Shown piece after piece: positions 1 through 13,352 of a stretch of 64,000 nt of DNA (position 1 is its first letter; each line of letters starts with the position of its first letter). The stretch comes from Callorhinchus milii (lineage: Eukaryota). Under the pieces are notes generated by a model that had not been told where the DNA came from, did not search any database, and was given only the letters and a program-made list of their open reading frames with translations. Both the position numbers and the translations under genes were made by a program. The stretch is taken from assembly GCF_018977255.1 (NCBI RefSeq), contig NW_024704743.1, forward strand, positions 46,564,001 through 46,628,000, read 5' to 3'.

Positions 1-214
1 GATATAGCACCTTTCATGTCAGAAGGACATCCCAAAGCACTTCACAAGATATACTGTAAAGTGTAATAGACATATATATACATATATGTTTATATATATA
101 GAGAGAGATAATATTTTATATGAATAGATATAGACTAGGCCAGAGATGGTGTAACAGAAAATTACAATATAAGAACAAAGGTGTGACAATTCTATGTGCT
201 AACAGTGTTACATG

Positions 215-485
215 CCTCCTGTTTGTCACTTGTCCCCTCCATTCTACCATCAGTGGCTGTGCCTGCAGCCACTAGGGTCTGAAACTCTTTCCCTCAATCC
301 CTCTACCTTGCCCCCTCCCTCCTTACTTTCAAATACCGCCTAAAGACCTTCCATTTTTCGTCATGCTTACGGTCACCTCACCCCTCCCTCTCCCTTGGCT
401 TGGGGTCAGACTCCACTACTGTCAAGCACCCTGGGACACTACCCAGTGTGAAGGGTGCTATATAATTGGCAGTTGTTGTTGTTGT
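215..485 (+). mobile_element. L2 LINE 3' fragment
   Basis: Similar to the other L2 3' ends in the window; ends gtgaagggtgctatataa...(GTT)n. Confidence 0.75.
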
Positions 486-735
486 ATAGGTGGTTTTGTT
501 CATTATTGGCACAATAATTGTAATGCCAGATGATTTCAAGAACTGTTTGGTGTTGTCTGTAGTGTGAGACAGGCATTGGCATCACTGTATTCATCAGGTA
601 ATGAGTCGGTAACTCCAATGTTCATATATGTTAGGAGTAAACCAACAGAAATGGATCAATCACAAGGAACATCAGATGACAGGCATTGCAGAGCATGGTT
701 GATTTTATCCATGTTACTTTACATGAACCCTCTAG

Positions 736-1425
736 AATACAACAACAACAAAATTACATTTGGGCAGATTTGGGATGACGGAGGGCAGAGAGGTAGGAGG
801 GCGGCTGAAGGCACAATCAAAAAGGAGGGTCTTGAGTCGTGCCTTGAAGGAGGCAAGGGAGGGAGCAAGGCGAAGGGATTGTGAGATGGAGTTCCAAAGG
901 GTGGAGGCAGAGAGGCTGAAAGCCCGGACGCCAATGGCAGGGCAGGTCAGGCGGGAGACCCGGAGCAGGCCGGAGCTTGCTGAGTGGAGGGAGTGGGCAG
1001 TTTGACAGGGGGACAGCAGGTCAGAGAGGTAGGAGGGGGCAAGGCCGTGGAGGGCCTTGAAAGTGAGGACGAGGATTTTGAACTCCAACCTCTGAGGGAT
1101 GGGGAGCCAGTGGACCCGGGCGAGGGTGGGGGTGATGGAGTACAGAGCCTGGTGTAGGAGAGGACTCGAGCTGCAGAGTTCTGGATGATCTTCTGGAGGG
1201 AAGAGTTGGGGAGGCTGACAAGGAGGGAGTTTCCATAATCAAGCCTTGAGGTGACAAATGCATATATGAGGCTTTCAGCAGCCTGAGGGGTGAGACAGTG
1301 GCGGAGTCAGGCAATGATGCAGAGGTGGGGAAAGGCAGAGCAGGTCATGGCATGGATATGGGGAAGAAAGGACAGTTGAGGGTCGAACAATACGCCCAAG
1401 TTCCTAACTGTCTTGGTGAGGTGGA
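736..1425 (-). mobile_element. L2 LINE 3' fragment
   Basis: Minus-strand ORF FKILVLTFKALHGLAPSYLSDLL...LWNS...FKARLKTLLF (L2 ORF2 C-terminus); (CAA)n tail at 736-752. Confidence 0.9.
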
Positions 1426-3639
1426 GTGTGAAACCGTGGATGCTGACAACATCCAAAGGGTTTTATTTGCTTATACACATGATAATCCACCTCGATGCTA
1501 TGTACCCTGAGGCATTTGCTTTCTTCCACCTCGCTGCACTGCTCCTTCTTCAATTTGTCTGTCCCCAAATTCTCTTCACAACCTTTGACAGTGCTTTTGA
1601 TTAACATGCTCAAATTTCTCCTTCCCACCCTGCTCGGTGATTCCCCATTGCCTTTGTGAAGCCGTTTGAGACCTTCATTCTCCATGAAAGATGTAATATA
1701 AATGTATTTTGTTGCTGTTGATCTTCAAAGCTCTGGCCCTCTTGATTATGAGGAGCTCCGGGTTAAACAGTTTCCTTTTGGCCGCTGACTGTTCGGAGGC
1801 ACCTGCAACAGAGGAATGATTGCCTTTCAGCAGGTGATGAGTAGGACAGGGTTTCTCCTTGAGATCAGTTTGGGCATTATAAACTAAAGGTACCTTGACT
1901 GGGCAGGAGTAGTCTGCATTCTGGAGTGCAGTATAATTATTTTAATATTGTTATTATCGTTACTCCACAAAAATTGCAAAGTAACCATTTTGTGTTGTAT
2001 TTGTATAATATAAATACAGAAAGAGTGTACAAATAATCTCGCCTCTTCACTACATATAACCTCTCCACTATCTTCATTCGCTGGTGCCTGCTCTGTGGAT
2101 GCTTGATGCCCTGCTCACTGTTTAATACTGTAGCTTGCAATTTTGGGGGAGAGGAAAGGTTTTTATTCCAGTGCTTCTGGTTCCAGTGATTCGTTAGAGA
2201 GTACCAAAGTTTACCTTCTATGGACAGCAATAAGAACTGTGAGAATATGCATTGACATATGCCAATGACAGTATGAAGTGCGACTAATAATTTTAACCTT
2301 AAAACATTTCTTTGCTTTGATACTTGAGGACTTTCAAATTGTTATTTACAGATCAATGGGTTATCCTAGCAACATTCTGTTCACTGTTGCAGTTCCAGCA
2401 TCAATTACATTCTGCAGATTTTCTTCCTACTAATTACGTGATAGTCTGCTTACAAATAGGCATCTGTCACCCGTCCTTGATGCCATCAAATTATATGTGG
2501 ACTTTGCTTTTGAAGTTCAAGGAAACGATCATTTGTGCAGTGTAATCCAACATGGGAAATGGTACAAGCATGGCCTTTAATACAGTAATGAATAAAGCTA
2601 GAGCCGCCAAATAAAGTACAAACTGTTACTTGACTCTGCATGACAACTATATTATGCTGCTGAGATCTTCTTCACTGCTCCACTGATACAGATCTGACTC
2701 ACAGCGATTTCAAAGCTTCAGTTCCCCATTCGTTTGGTAAATCCAGATCTGTATGAGGGCACAGGTGCATTGATATAATAAAAGTAAAAATTAGATTTGA
2801 TATAGCACCTATAACATCAATAGCCCCAAAACACTTCACAAAGTTGCTGTAAAGCTAATAGTTGTAAGCAAACATTATTTTAGCTTCATTGCCATGTGAG
2901 AAATTACAATTGTTGTATAAACCATTTGTAAACAGGGAAATGTGGATGGCTTTAATGGGGTAATTAATGATTATAGAATCACCTGCAACTGCCTTGGTAC
3001 AGATGTTTACACAGAGTTTATACAAGCTACAGAATGCACATGATTGACAGCAGAATTTGTCACTACTGGGGTGCACTCACATGCACACTGCTGGAGGGAT
3101 GTCCTTGAAGCAGGAATTGGTATAGTTGACGTGGTAGTGGAAAAAACTACACATCTCTGTGTGCACATTGCACTTAACACAAATCCTCAGGTCTGTTTGC
3201 TTATACCTGAAGGAGTGTAAGAAGTCTACTGAAGAGAGGAACCTCCCCATTTACCAATAAATACCAGAATCCCAAGACTTTTGTTTTTAGCAACAATGAG
3301 CATTGTCATATGCAAACATTTAAACTGTATATAATTTTATATTAATAATTCTTGCATTTGATATAGAGTTGCTGAGACTTTTCAAAGTTCTTCACATGAC
3401 TTTAGCATGAAGTGTGGTGACTGGATATTTGTTGGCATGTATTTCCTTTTATGAAAGGAATGTGAATGTAGAGGTCGCTTAAAAAAATAGAGAAATTAAA
3501 ATTGGAGCATTGACATTATCACTGATGATAATTATCACATTATACATTATGTCAAGCTCCAAAAATATGGTCAAAAGTAGTCAGTAGTGATCACCAGTTT
3601 GGGGTATGAGTCTACTTGTCTAAAATGAGTCTAATTAAA

Positions 3640-3900
3640 TTACGATTAGACAAATTGGGCTCTTCAGTCTCAAAAAGAGACACATCAGAGGAGACATTAT
3701 AGAGGTATTTAAGATTTAACATGGGATTGAGAAAGTAAACTCAGAGCAAAACGTTTGGATGCACTGAGACATCAGAACAAAGAGGACACAGATTTACAGA
3801 TGCAAAGGACAATTTGAGGACAGACACCAAGAAGTATTTATTTACCGAGAGGGTAATTAACAATTGGAACAGATTACCAGAAAGAGTGGGTGAGGCAAGA
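3640..3900 (+). mobile_element. Old CR1 LINE fragment
   Basis: Degenerate LDKLGLFSL...RGDIIEVFKI...FTERVINNWNRLP, homologous to the C-terminus of the 57.5-kb CR1. Confidence 0.75.
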
Positions 3901-5443
3901 TACTAGGCAGCATAGAGCAGGTCCTAATCAAATACATGTCTGTGGATTGCTCTAATCAGGAGTTCACCTGTCTGCTCCAAGTAACTGATCCCATACTGAT
4001 ACACTGAGCAAGAACTATTCCTTCATCAGTTTCTGTTAAGAGGCATAACCTCCATTTTAAAAGGACAACGGGAACTTTTTAAAAGCCAAAATAAGTCAAT
4101 ATACTCCAATTAAGAGCATGATACATACTGGAAAATACTGATCACCGTTATTTGTCCTGTAACATGATAGCTCAGTTTTCTGATCATCTGTTAGAAAAAA
4201 TATATTAACATATTCTAAGGCAATTCTGTGTGCAACTCTGGGTCAGTAATGGAGTGCTCTGTTGTTGAGACTAACTGGTGGAACGTCATGAGAGATCATT
4301 GGTTTGCGCTGGAGCTGAATCAAACTCCACTTGAACAACAAGAGTTTGCACTTAACAAGTCTCGAGTGCCCGTATGAATGAACCAGCCAAATGTGTGCAT
4401 CAGTAGCCCACATTTGATCAACGGCAATTTAAAATCCCCAGAAAAAACAATATTTTTACCAAACTATATTAAAGTCAGAGTGAAAGTCTGCTTTGAAAAG
4501 ATTACATTCTGTTTATCAGATTATAAGTGAATTTACCCAATAAGAAAAGTCTTTAATTGGGTTCGACTGTAAACCTGGCCTCAGAAAATTAAGAGAGAAC
4601 TTAAGGTTCTTAGGCTTCAGAAATCCACATTTGTTCACCTACATCTTTTAATGCTCTTCCTTTGACTTACTGTCAAAGCAATTGTCCAACTAAATACCAT
4701 TTTGGAAGACTCTAAACTGGATCTGATACCTAACATTTTGTCGGTAGATTTGACAGCAATTACGTGTGAAGCAATTTGTTTCATTTTGATGTGATAGGCG
4801 ATAAAATGCAAGTTGTTTCTTTCTGGGGTTGAAAAAGCTCTCCTCTTGGAAGATACACGACGAGAAAGAGCGACAAAATGTCCAGAGGGTCATCAAGTTC
4901 ACTGGTGGGAGAATCCTCCCATTCCACCTTTCACAGTGTATATTCACGTACTTGTCTATCCTGGTATTTGTTATTTAGTCCATGTGGCAAGGTAAGCATG
5001 GCTGGTAGGACCATGGGGCAAGGAACTCTGCAGGATGACACAGTCTGATGAGGTTGGTTAAATAGTCAGACTTTCTCAAGGATGCTCTTAGAAACAAAAT
5101 CCCAGTTAACTGAGGCAGCTGGCTAATGCAGCACAAGCTATTTTACCAGCAAAGTGTTGGGTTGCAGAAAACAGGGGGAGGCCAAAACCATGGCTTTTCT
5201 GCAGGAGTAGTTGGCCTCCAAAGTTCAGGTAATCTCTTATGGACATTTTTTTTAACGTTGTTTGTGTTGTGTGTTTTTATGTGGCAGGAGTTGTTGGAAA
5301 TAAATCAGGCCACAAACTGTGAACAGTGCCTTTCTTAACAGTAACAGTAAGAACGAGAATGGGAAAGTTGCACTATCTGTGCCTTTAATATAGTGCCTTA
5401 TCTCATCATCGAGATGTCTCAAAACGTTTCACAGGATAAGTCC

Positions 5444-5950
5444 AAAGGCTGAAGGCCCGACCGCCGCTGGTGGGACAGGCTGGGCGGGGGATGGGAAGCA
5501 GACCAGAATCTGCCAAGTGGAGGGAATGGACAGGCTGATAAGGAGTTAGCAGGTCACAGAGGTGGGGAGGAGCAAGGACATGGAGGGCTTTGAAAGTGAG
5601 GACGAGGATTTTGAACTCTATCCTCTGGGGCTGGGGAGATAGTGGAGCAGGGCGAGGGTGGGGGTGATATGGTCATGGAGCCTGGTGCGGGAGAGGACAC
5701 GTTCTGAATAATCTGCAGTTTGTGGAGGGAAGAGTTGAGAAGACTGACAAGCAGAGAGTTGTTGTAGTCGGGCCTGGATGTGATGAATGCATGGATGAGG
5801 GTGTCAGCAGCTTGAGGGTTGAGGCAATGGTGAAGTCAGGTAATGTTGTGGAAAGGTGGAGGAGGTGGGGAAAGGCAGAACGGTCACAGCACAGATGTGG
5901 GTTTTGAAGGACGCTGAAGGTCAAACAAGACGCCAGGGTTCCATATTGGC
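5444..5950 (-). mobile_element. L2 LINE fragment
   Basis: Colinear similarity to 915-1400 (agggctttgaaagtgaggacgaggattttgaactc). Confidence 0.85.
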
Positions 5951-7139
5951 TCAGTGAAGCGTAGAGTGCTTTCATGGATGGTGATGCTTTCAGTGCCAAC
6001 ACATCAGCCAATTTGGGCACAGTAATGTCCCAGAACAGCCATGATATGAATGACTGATTCTATCTGGAACCTAAGGCTAGGTGAAATTTTAGACTTTACA
6101 AGTGAGAAATCCTGGCTCATTTTCCTTCTGTAACCAGAGACTTCTCCTTAGCATTTCAGAGCATGAAATTTTAGGAAATTCTTAAATTCACTTTTAACTT
6201 TGCAGCTGGTTTCCATGGGTTCTTTTAAGAACAAAATACAGATGTAACCCAGAGTCTCTGAGACCTATTTTAGCTACTCACCAGATGGTGTCATGACTGA
6301 GTCCACAACCTCAGATGAGTGATTAAACCTGGGACTTTCCTGATCTGGAAAGCTGAGTTTGCATGTGGTAAATCAGTTTAGCAGTTGAGCTTCAGGGGAA
6401 GAAGTTCTGATGTTCTTAGCATTAAAAGATTCTACTTATTTACTGAATTTTCGATCCACAAGGCTTTGGATTGTTTCATTTTGTTTTCAGTTGTAAGAAT
6501 ATTCAGAACAACAGTACACACAGATCCAGGTTTTATGCAAACACCGATTAAGCAACTGGTTTGGAGGAGCTATCATGTGGGGCAGATTCTTGCCAACTGC
6601 TGACACGTGACTCTGACCCTAATTTGTGCCAGGTTTTCTATTTCCATGAGTCTAAGTACCGTCTTCCTTGAATCTGGGGCAAAGCCTGAAAAAATGAATC
6701 GTCTCTTCCTTTTTAATGTTATGTGGCTTTGGGCTATCAAACCATGAGAGCTAAACAAGATTACGGTTCTCATTTCACAAAGGTTCTCTTGTTGGTGGCT
6801 GCTTCAGCTCTCTCTTGGAACTCGTTCGAGTGTCTTTAGGAGTCAGGCAGGAATTTTGCAGGCAAAGAAAGATGCCAGTCTGACATTATGCAGGATTCTG
6901 CTTCCCTAGGACAAACTCACAAATGCTGCTTCTTCAGTTATCTGTAAAGTGTATGGACTATAACAGACATCTTAGTATTTGCTGGTCCTGAAATTTATGG
7001 AGCTTGGCTGTGAGAGATTATAGTGGGATTTGTTTGGATGTTATTTGACTGACGGATTATTCTGCATTCATTTTCCAGCAGGGACCACTGAATAGTGACT
7101 TCGAGCAAAATTCTGGCAGCTTTTATTTACTCTTAGTTC

Positions 7140-7380
7140 ATCAATCATAGACTTTTACGGTCAGAAGGAGGCCATTTGCCCTATCGTGGTTGTGCTGGCT
7201 CTCTGAAAGAGTAAAGCATTCAGTCCCACTCCTCTGCCCTTTCCTCAGACTATTTGTATTTTTCTTTTCAAAAATTATCTAATTCCCTCTTTAAAGCTAT
7301 TATGGACCCCAGGCATTCCATTGTCCTGATAACCTCTTATGTATAATGAACTTAAATCAATGCTCATTAGTTACCAACTT
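7140..7380 (-). mobile_element. Old CR1 3' end fragment
   Basis: atcatag...gaaggaggccatttgccctatcgtg resembles the reverse complement of a CR1 3' UTR. Confidence 0.55.
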
Positions 7381-7423
7381 CCTGCATAATAGGCAAAATA
7401 CTGTAGATACAGATTTTATATAA

Positions 7424-7722
7424 AATAATAATCCTTGCATTTGATATAGCGCTTTTCACGTCTTCTTGACGTCTCAAAGCGCTTCACAGAATAGACTGTA
7501 AAGTGAATTGACCGTGTGTTTGTGGGCGAAACGCGGCAGCCAATTGCACACAGCAGTGTCCCACAAACAGTCATGGACTGAAAATGACCAATTTATTATT
7601 GTTTTGCTTTTTGGAGGGATTATTATTAGGCTTGTGGAGTAAGGAAACTTGCCCAAGGTTTTCCCTGCCTGGAATTGAACCCTTGCAAGATGAGTGCTAT
7701 ATCCACTGAGCTACAGGACTCC
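7424..7722 (-). mobile_element. tRNA-derived Deu-domain SINE, near full length
   Basis: Reverse complement of the 24132-24440 element: ggagtcctgtagctcagtgg head, tgtgggacactgctgtgtgcaattggctgccgcg core, (ATT)n tail. Confidence 0.9.
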
Positions 7723-7827
7723 AGATTTAGATGCTGCTTGACCTGCTGAGTGTTCCAATGACTTCTGTTTTTGTTCCTGAATAATAGAACTGTTTTCTCC
7801 TTATTTACCTTATCAAAGGCATTCCAT

Positions 7828-8170
7828 CAACAACAAAAACTTGCATTTATAAAGCGCCCTTCACGCAGGGCAGTGTCTCAAAATGCTTAACAGTGCCGGA
7901 GCCTGACACAAGCCGGGGGGAGGAAGGAGGTGACTGTATGCACGGTCGAAGAGGAAGGTCTACAGTTGTGATTTAAAAGAGGGGAAGAAGGGGGCTTGGC
8001 AGTGGGAATGAAGGAGAGAGTTACAAAGTTTCGGGGCATAGTGGCAGAAAGTGCAGCACCCGATGGTTGAGTGAAGGGTATGAGAGACAAGTAGGAGGCC
8101 AGAGCCAGCCGAGTAGACAGCGAGTAGTGGACTGGGGAGAAAGCAGGCCAGAAAGGTAGGGAGGTGCCAG
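7828..8170 (-). mobile_element. L2 LINE 3' fragment
   Basis: caacaacaaaaacttgcatttataaagcgcccttcac tail and a body similar to other L2 copies. Confidence 0.75.
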
Positions 8171-9569
8171 GATGATGTTTGCATGTTTTAGGGAACGACT
8201 ACTTTGTTAGCCAATGAAGCCCAAAGAGCGCGGAGGCCAATGGCAGCACCCCAACCTTATGCACCGGCTGAGATCAGTTCACTCAGCACAGAGGCACTTC
8301 GGGTCTCTGTGTCCCGTTGTTTCAACAGGAAACAATACATGTTCCTTCATGCATTAGCCACCAAGGGGATACAGACATTTTCACTTTCACATTAACAACA
8401 GTGAGGGGCTGAAAATACTCTTGGAAGGATAGCCCTGGTTTTATTTACAGAAGAGAATAGGTTGTTCACAGGCTAAGATGGCATTTAGAAATGAAAATAA
8501 TTTAATTTTTTATCATTACTTTTCTCACTCAGTATTTGTATTAAAACAGTGAATCAAGTGTTGAAGTGATACTGTGTAGGCTCATACTAACATGCAATAT
8601 GGCAGGGTGAAATTATAATAATAATAATAATGATCCTTGCATTTAATATAGTGCACATCACAAAGTCTCAAAGCACTACACAGTGACTACTTTTAAGTGT
8701 AGTGACTGTGTATTTGTTGATCTTTCGTCGGGAGGGAGGGACGGGTCAGCCTTCACCTATGCTAAACATCACACAAATTTCATCTGATAAAATCGGATGC
8801 TTGGGTGCTTTAATATAAATTCTGCGACAGATTTACCATATACTGCAGTAAGTAGGGCAAAGCGAATGGAAAACATGAAGCAGAATATTATGCCTGGTTC
8901 AATCTGGTATCTTTGGCACTTAATTCATGTGCGTTTTTCCAGAGTATTAGTGTGGGTGATAAAGGCACCGAAGAAATCCACATTAGTTGACATGTAGACT
9001 TTCAGGGCAGAGGCATTGGCAGGACGACGTCTAATTTGTCTCATGTCACCTAGACAAATGTCAAGCCTACCGAGATGGTCTAACAATGGGTGCACTGTTT
9101 CACAGCTGTGAGGTTGCATGCTTTGTAGGTCATTTTTGTTCTGGTTCTGAACACTGATGAGTATATGAGTGGAGGGCTTTCAAATAGGACATTATGAGAT
9201 CAGCATGAAAGGATCTGTGAATAATTTTGGAATGCAGCGGAGAATCAGCCAGACTGATTATTATTATTTTTCTTTGATCCCGGGAAATTTTACAGCATTT
9301 GAATGGGAGACAACTGTCTCCGAACCAACAGGAGGTCCATTACACTGAGAAGCCTGACGTCTGTTAGCTTACAAAGTGTACCTTCATCAATGTTGTTCTG
9401 TTAAATAACACAGTGCTGGAGATTACGATGCAAATAAACCAAGTGGACACTCCAAATACTATGCTTGGGCACTCAATCTGAGCATCCTGTGAATTTGCCT
9501 TTGACACAGCAGCTTCAGTAAGCCAAATGTCTGTGTTTTTTCTGGTTATAATACAAATAGTATGTGTGG

Positions 9570-10229
9570 ATCCTACCCCACATCCGGTCCTTGACCAGGT
9601 CCGCCTTCTTACATCTCCGCTACATTACCCGCCTCCGACCCTAAATGCAGCCGAAACCCTCGTGCATGTATTTGTCACCTCCTGCCTGGAATACTCAAAC
9701 GCACTCCTCGCCGGTCTCCCCAGCTCCACTATACAAAAGATCCAGCTCATTGAAAAAACTGCCGCCCGCATACTGACCCGGACCGAACTCAGTACCCACA
9801 TCTCACCAGTTCTGGCCAGGCTGCACTGGCTCCCCATCACTGAACAGATCGACTTCAAGATCCTCACACTTGTGTTCAAATCCCTTCACTGTCTTGCCGT
9901 TCCGATATCCTCACTCCCAAAACCATCACCTGGCACCTCCGCTCAACTGACTCTGACCTCCTACTCGTCCCTCACACCCTCCGCCCCATCATTGGAGGTC
10001 GCACTTTAAGCCACTACGCACCTAAACTCTGGAACACTCTTCCCTCAATCCCTCCTTCTTGTCCCCTCCCTCCCCTTTTTCAAGTCCCACCTGAAAACCT
10101 TCCTCTTCGACTGTGCTTACGGCCATCTCCCCACCCCACTCCCCGGCTCAGAGTCAGGCTCTGCTAGTGTTAAGCGCTCTGAGATGCTACCCTGCATAGA
10201 GGGCGCTCTGTAAGTACAAGTTGTTGTTG
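9570..10229 (+). mobile_element. L2 LINE 3' fragment
   Basis: ORF AAETLVHVFVTSCLEYSNALLAGLP...AARILTRT...ARLHWLPI...FKIL; (GTT)n tail. Confidence 0.92.
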
Positions 10230-10689
10230 ACTAGTATTCAGTCATTACGACTAAGATTCTTTGCACACTACATTTATAATAACATGTTAATTCAGAACCT
10301 TTGAAACCAAAGATCATGCTCATTATTTCTTTTTCAATGAACTATTTTCTAGGGAGCTAAGGCAGCAGTGTATCTGGGAAACAGCAGATTAGAAATCCGG
10401 TACAGAGATTTAGTAAATTCAACATCCCTTATTCTCTCTTCAGTTTCTGTTTGTTTTGAACTATAATAAACTTTGCATTTTTTATAGCACCTTTCATGTT
10501 GGAAGGATATCACAAAACATTTAATAGGATTTACTCAGATTTAATAGGATTTAAGTGTCGTGACTGTATTTGTAGATGAATTGTTTGTTTAAACAGTGCA
10601 TCCAATGACAAGTTCAGGGTGGAAAAACTGTTGAATCCAACAGTACGGGAAAACTGAATTAATATCTTTAAAGATCTTTAACGCAGGTA

Positions 10690-10905
10690 GGGTAAAATTC
10701 CAACTGAGCCTAGATTTACTGTATTAATTAACATTTTAGAGGGTGCAGGTATGGCAAATGGGTGAATTCAGTCTTAACTTTGCTTAACTAAGTCTTAAAA
10801 GAACTTACAGAAAATTGGCTTCAAAATTAAAACTATATTTAAGGATTTGCCAAATTCTGGATGCTCTGAAATGTTAAATCTAGACCCAGGTGGAATTTCT
10901 ATCCA
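10690..10905. repeat. Palindromic MITE-like relic
   Basis: Imperfect terminal inverted repeats (TIRs; gggtaaaattcca / tggaatttctatcc) and internal inverted matches (ctagattta..aacattttagag / ctctgaaatgttaaatctag). Related to 6100-6240 and 13139-13352. Confidence 0.55.
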
Positions 10906-10940
10906 AGGATGCTCCAATCTCAACATCTGTGTTTATTCTG

Positions 10941-11454
10941 AAAACAAAAACAGAAGTCGCTGGGAACACTCAGCAGGTCAGGCAGCATCTATGGAGAAAG
11001 GAAAGTGAGTCAACATTTCAGGTCTACAGCCCTTTGTCAGAACTGGGGCATGTTGGGAGGGAGAGGCTTTTAAGGGCTAACATAGGAAGGAAGACAAAGG
11101 AGAAAATAGGGTAGAGGACAGGTTAAAGAGGTGTTAATGATGCAGAACAAAGGAGGAGGGGATTGCAACAAAGCAGGGGAATAGAGGTGGTAATAATACT
11201 GCAGAACAAAAGGGGTGGGGGGGAAGAACTTGCAACAGAACAGGCAGAGCAGGGAGAGAAAAGGGAGTGTCTGGGACCAAGATGATGTTGTAATGGTCAC
11301 AGAAGAGAGGGAGGGAGAAGGTGAGCTGAATCAATTGATTTCAATAATTTCAGACCATAACAGCTCACCTTCCCCCTCCCCCTCTTCTGTGACCATTACC
11401 CCATCATCTTCGTCCCCTCTCTTAGTCCTTAAAAGCCTCTGCAGTATTTTGTGC
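10941..11454 (-). mobile_element. Non-autonomous Penelope-like fold-back element with 15-bp TSD
   Basis: Direct repeat tctgtgtttattctg at 10926-10940 and 11455-11469. Terminal sequence shared with 7729-7776. Hammerhead-like motif on the minus strand. Internal 56-bp inverted repeat. Confidence 0.7.
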
Positions 11455-11844
11455 TCTGTGTTTATTCTGTTCCTTTGTACCGTCGGACTCAAACTTATCC
11501 TCCTGGCTAGCTCTCCCAGATGATCTCATCCCTTACTGAAGCAGTTAGGTTCATAAAATATAGATGAAATTGAACCCAAATAGTTATGATCAGCGTCACA
11601 AACACTTGAGAAACGAACATCAACTCCCAAGCTTAGAAAAGTGAAGTCAAAAAGACAATTTAGATTCAGCTGCTTATCAAATATGGGCTAAACATGGGGT
11701 GTGTCATGTGTGCTAATTATCATATCGGAAATTGCAATAAAACCACTTGCATTTGATATACAACAACAACAACTTGGATTTATATAGCCCCCTCCACGCC
11801 GGAAGGCGTCTCAGAGCGCTTTACAGTTTCGGATCCCAGGATAT

Positions 11845-12262
11845 AGTGCCTTTCAGGTCGAGATGTCGCAAAGCGTGTTGCAAATTCACAGGAAGAGAAA
11901 TTTTGAGACATAGTGTGAAGTATAGTGACTGTATTTTGTAGGTGAATACAACAGCACGAAGTAATGTCCCACAAACATCCACAATTTAAATGACCAATTT
12001 TATTTGGGAGATTGTTGGCCAGGACACCCGGAGAAATGCCCTTCTATTTTTGAATAGTATCATAGAATTTTGAATGATCAACTGAACAGGCAGAAGGGAC
12101 CTCAGTTTAATATCTCATCTGAAGTACTTGGACAATGTAGTGTTCCTCCAGCACCAAATTGCGTGTCAGCCTGGACTATGAGCTCAAAGTCCCAATGTAC
12201 AGCTTGAACCAACAACCATCTGATTTAGAGGTGAGAGTACTATCAACTGAGCCAAGCTGACA
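11845..12262 (-). mobile_element. Older DeuSINE (SacSINE1/AmnSINE-like architecture)
   Basis: Reverse complement begins tgtcagcttggctcagttgatagtactctcacctc (tRNA-like A box), followed by a Deu-like core and an L2-like tail. Matches copies at 17.7k, 25.7k, 27.6k and 28.7k. Confidence 0.8.
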
Positions 12263-13138
12263 TTTGTTAGTTATCGAGAAGGAAGAGAGATATATTCCAT
12301 ATTACATAGCGGAAGTGTCCAAAGATAATCAGAACCCTCTTTGGAGCTCCCATTCATGCCATCAGTATGCAGGTGGTACTTCTCATGGTTATATAAGCAC
12401 CACCGCACATCACATGGAAACACACTTCATATTTTTGGCACAGATAGAACTTTGCTGTTTGAAACTAAGTGCTCCCAGATCTTCACCTGCAGCTTATTAC
12501 AAACGGTTCTGATTCTTCTCTTCTTTTGAAGGGTATTTTGGCTCCATATTATGTCATGCATTAAGTAAAGTCCTATAAAAACTGCTCACTTAATTTATGA
12601 GGTCCTCCAGAGCCCAGTTACCTTTCAAAGTTTAGGAAAATCAAACACACCTAAAATTTGGCATCAGTCTGAAGGCTGGAGTCCAGTTTTCTGAATCCAT
12701 TTTTTTAAGTTACCAGACCGTTCTGAAATGCTGATGGCTTGAGTGCTACATCATAAATATCTTGACAGGTTCATGAAAGGTAATTCTTTTTTACCCTTCA
12801 AAGGTGAGTCATTTTGATGCTTCCTAGGCACTTCAGCAGCACTGAAGGTTTCAGTCTGTGTGGACTGATTGACATAGCCTCGCTTTGACCTCCGGTAGAC
12901 ATTGCAACACTTCCCTACTTCTGCCCATTGGACTGTTTCATCTCCACCTTTTTTTCCCACTTCACCTGATTTCAGAAATTCCAATAAAGTCTTTTTTACC
13001 ACAAATCAGATGCCTTTCAGTATTTGTAAAGCACAGTGGTAACAGCCTTTGGAATCCAGTTTGCGAGTATCACCACTGTCTTTGTTAAACAGGAATGTGT
13101 TTGCCTGTGTCTGCCAAACACTGTAACTTGATCATGCA

Positions 13139-13352
13139 GGGAGAGAAATTCTGCCTTAGCTTTTTACTTGCTTTCACAGCATGCAAATGTTAGCCAATTC
13201 TTAAATTCTGTCTTAACTTTCAGCTTTCTCTCAACTCTTTTTAGAACTGTAGAAAACCAGATTCACAATTAAAAGACCGAATTTAAGAATAGGGCAAAAT
13301 ATGCAAGCACTGAAATGCCAATCTAAATCTAACCGAGATAGAAATTTCTCAC
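13139..13352. repeat. Palindromic MITE-like relic
   Basis: Ends gagagaaattc / gaaatttctcac. Internal arms attcttaaattctgtctt (13197-13214) and aagaccgaatttaagaat (13273-13290) are 17/18 complementary. Confidence 0.6.
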
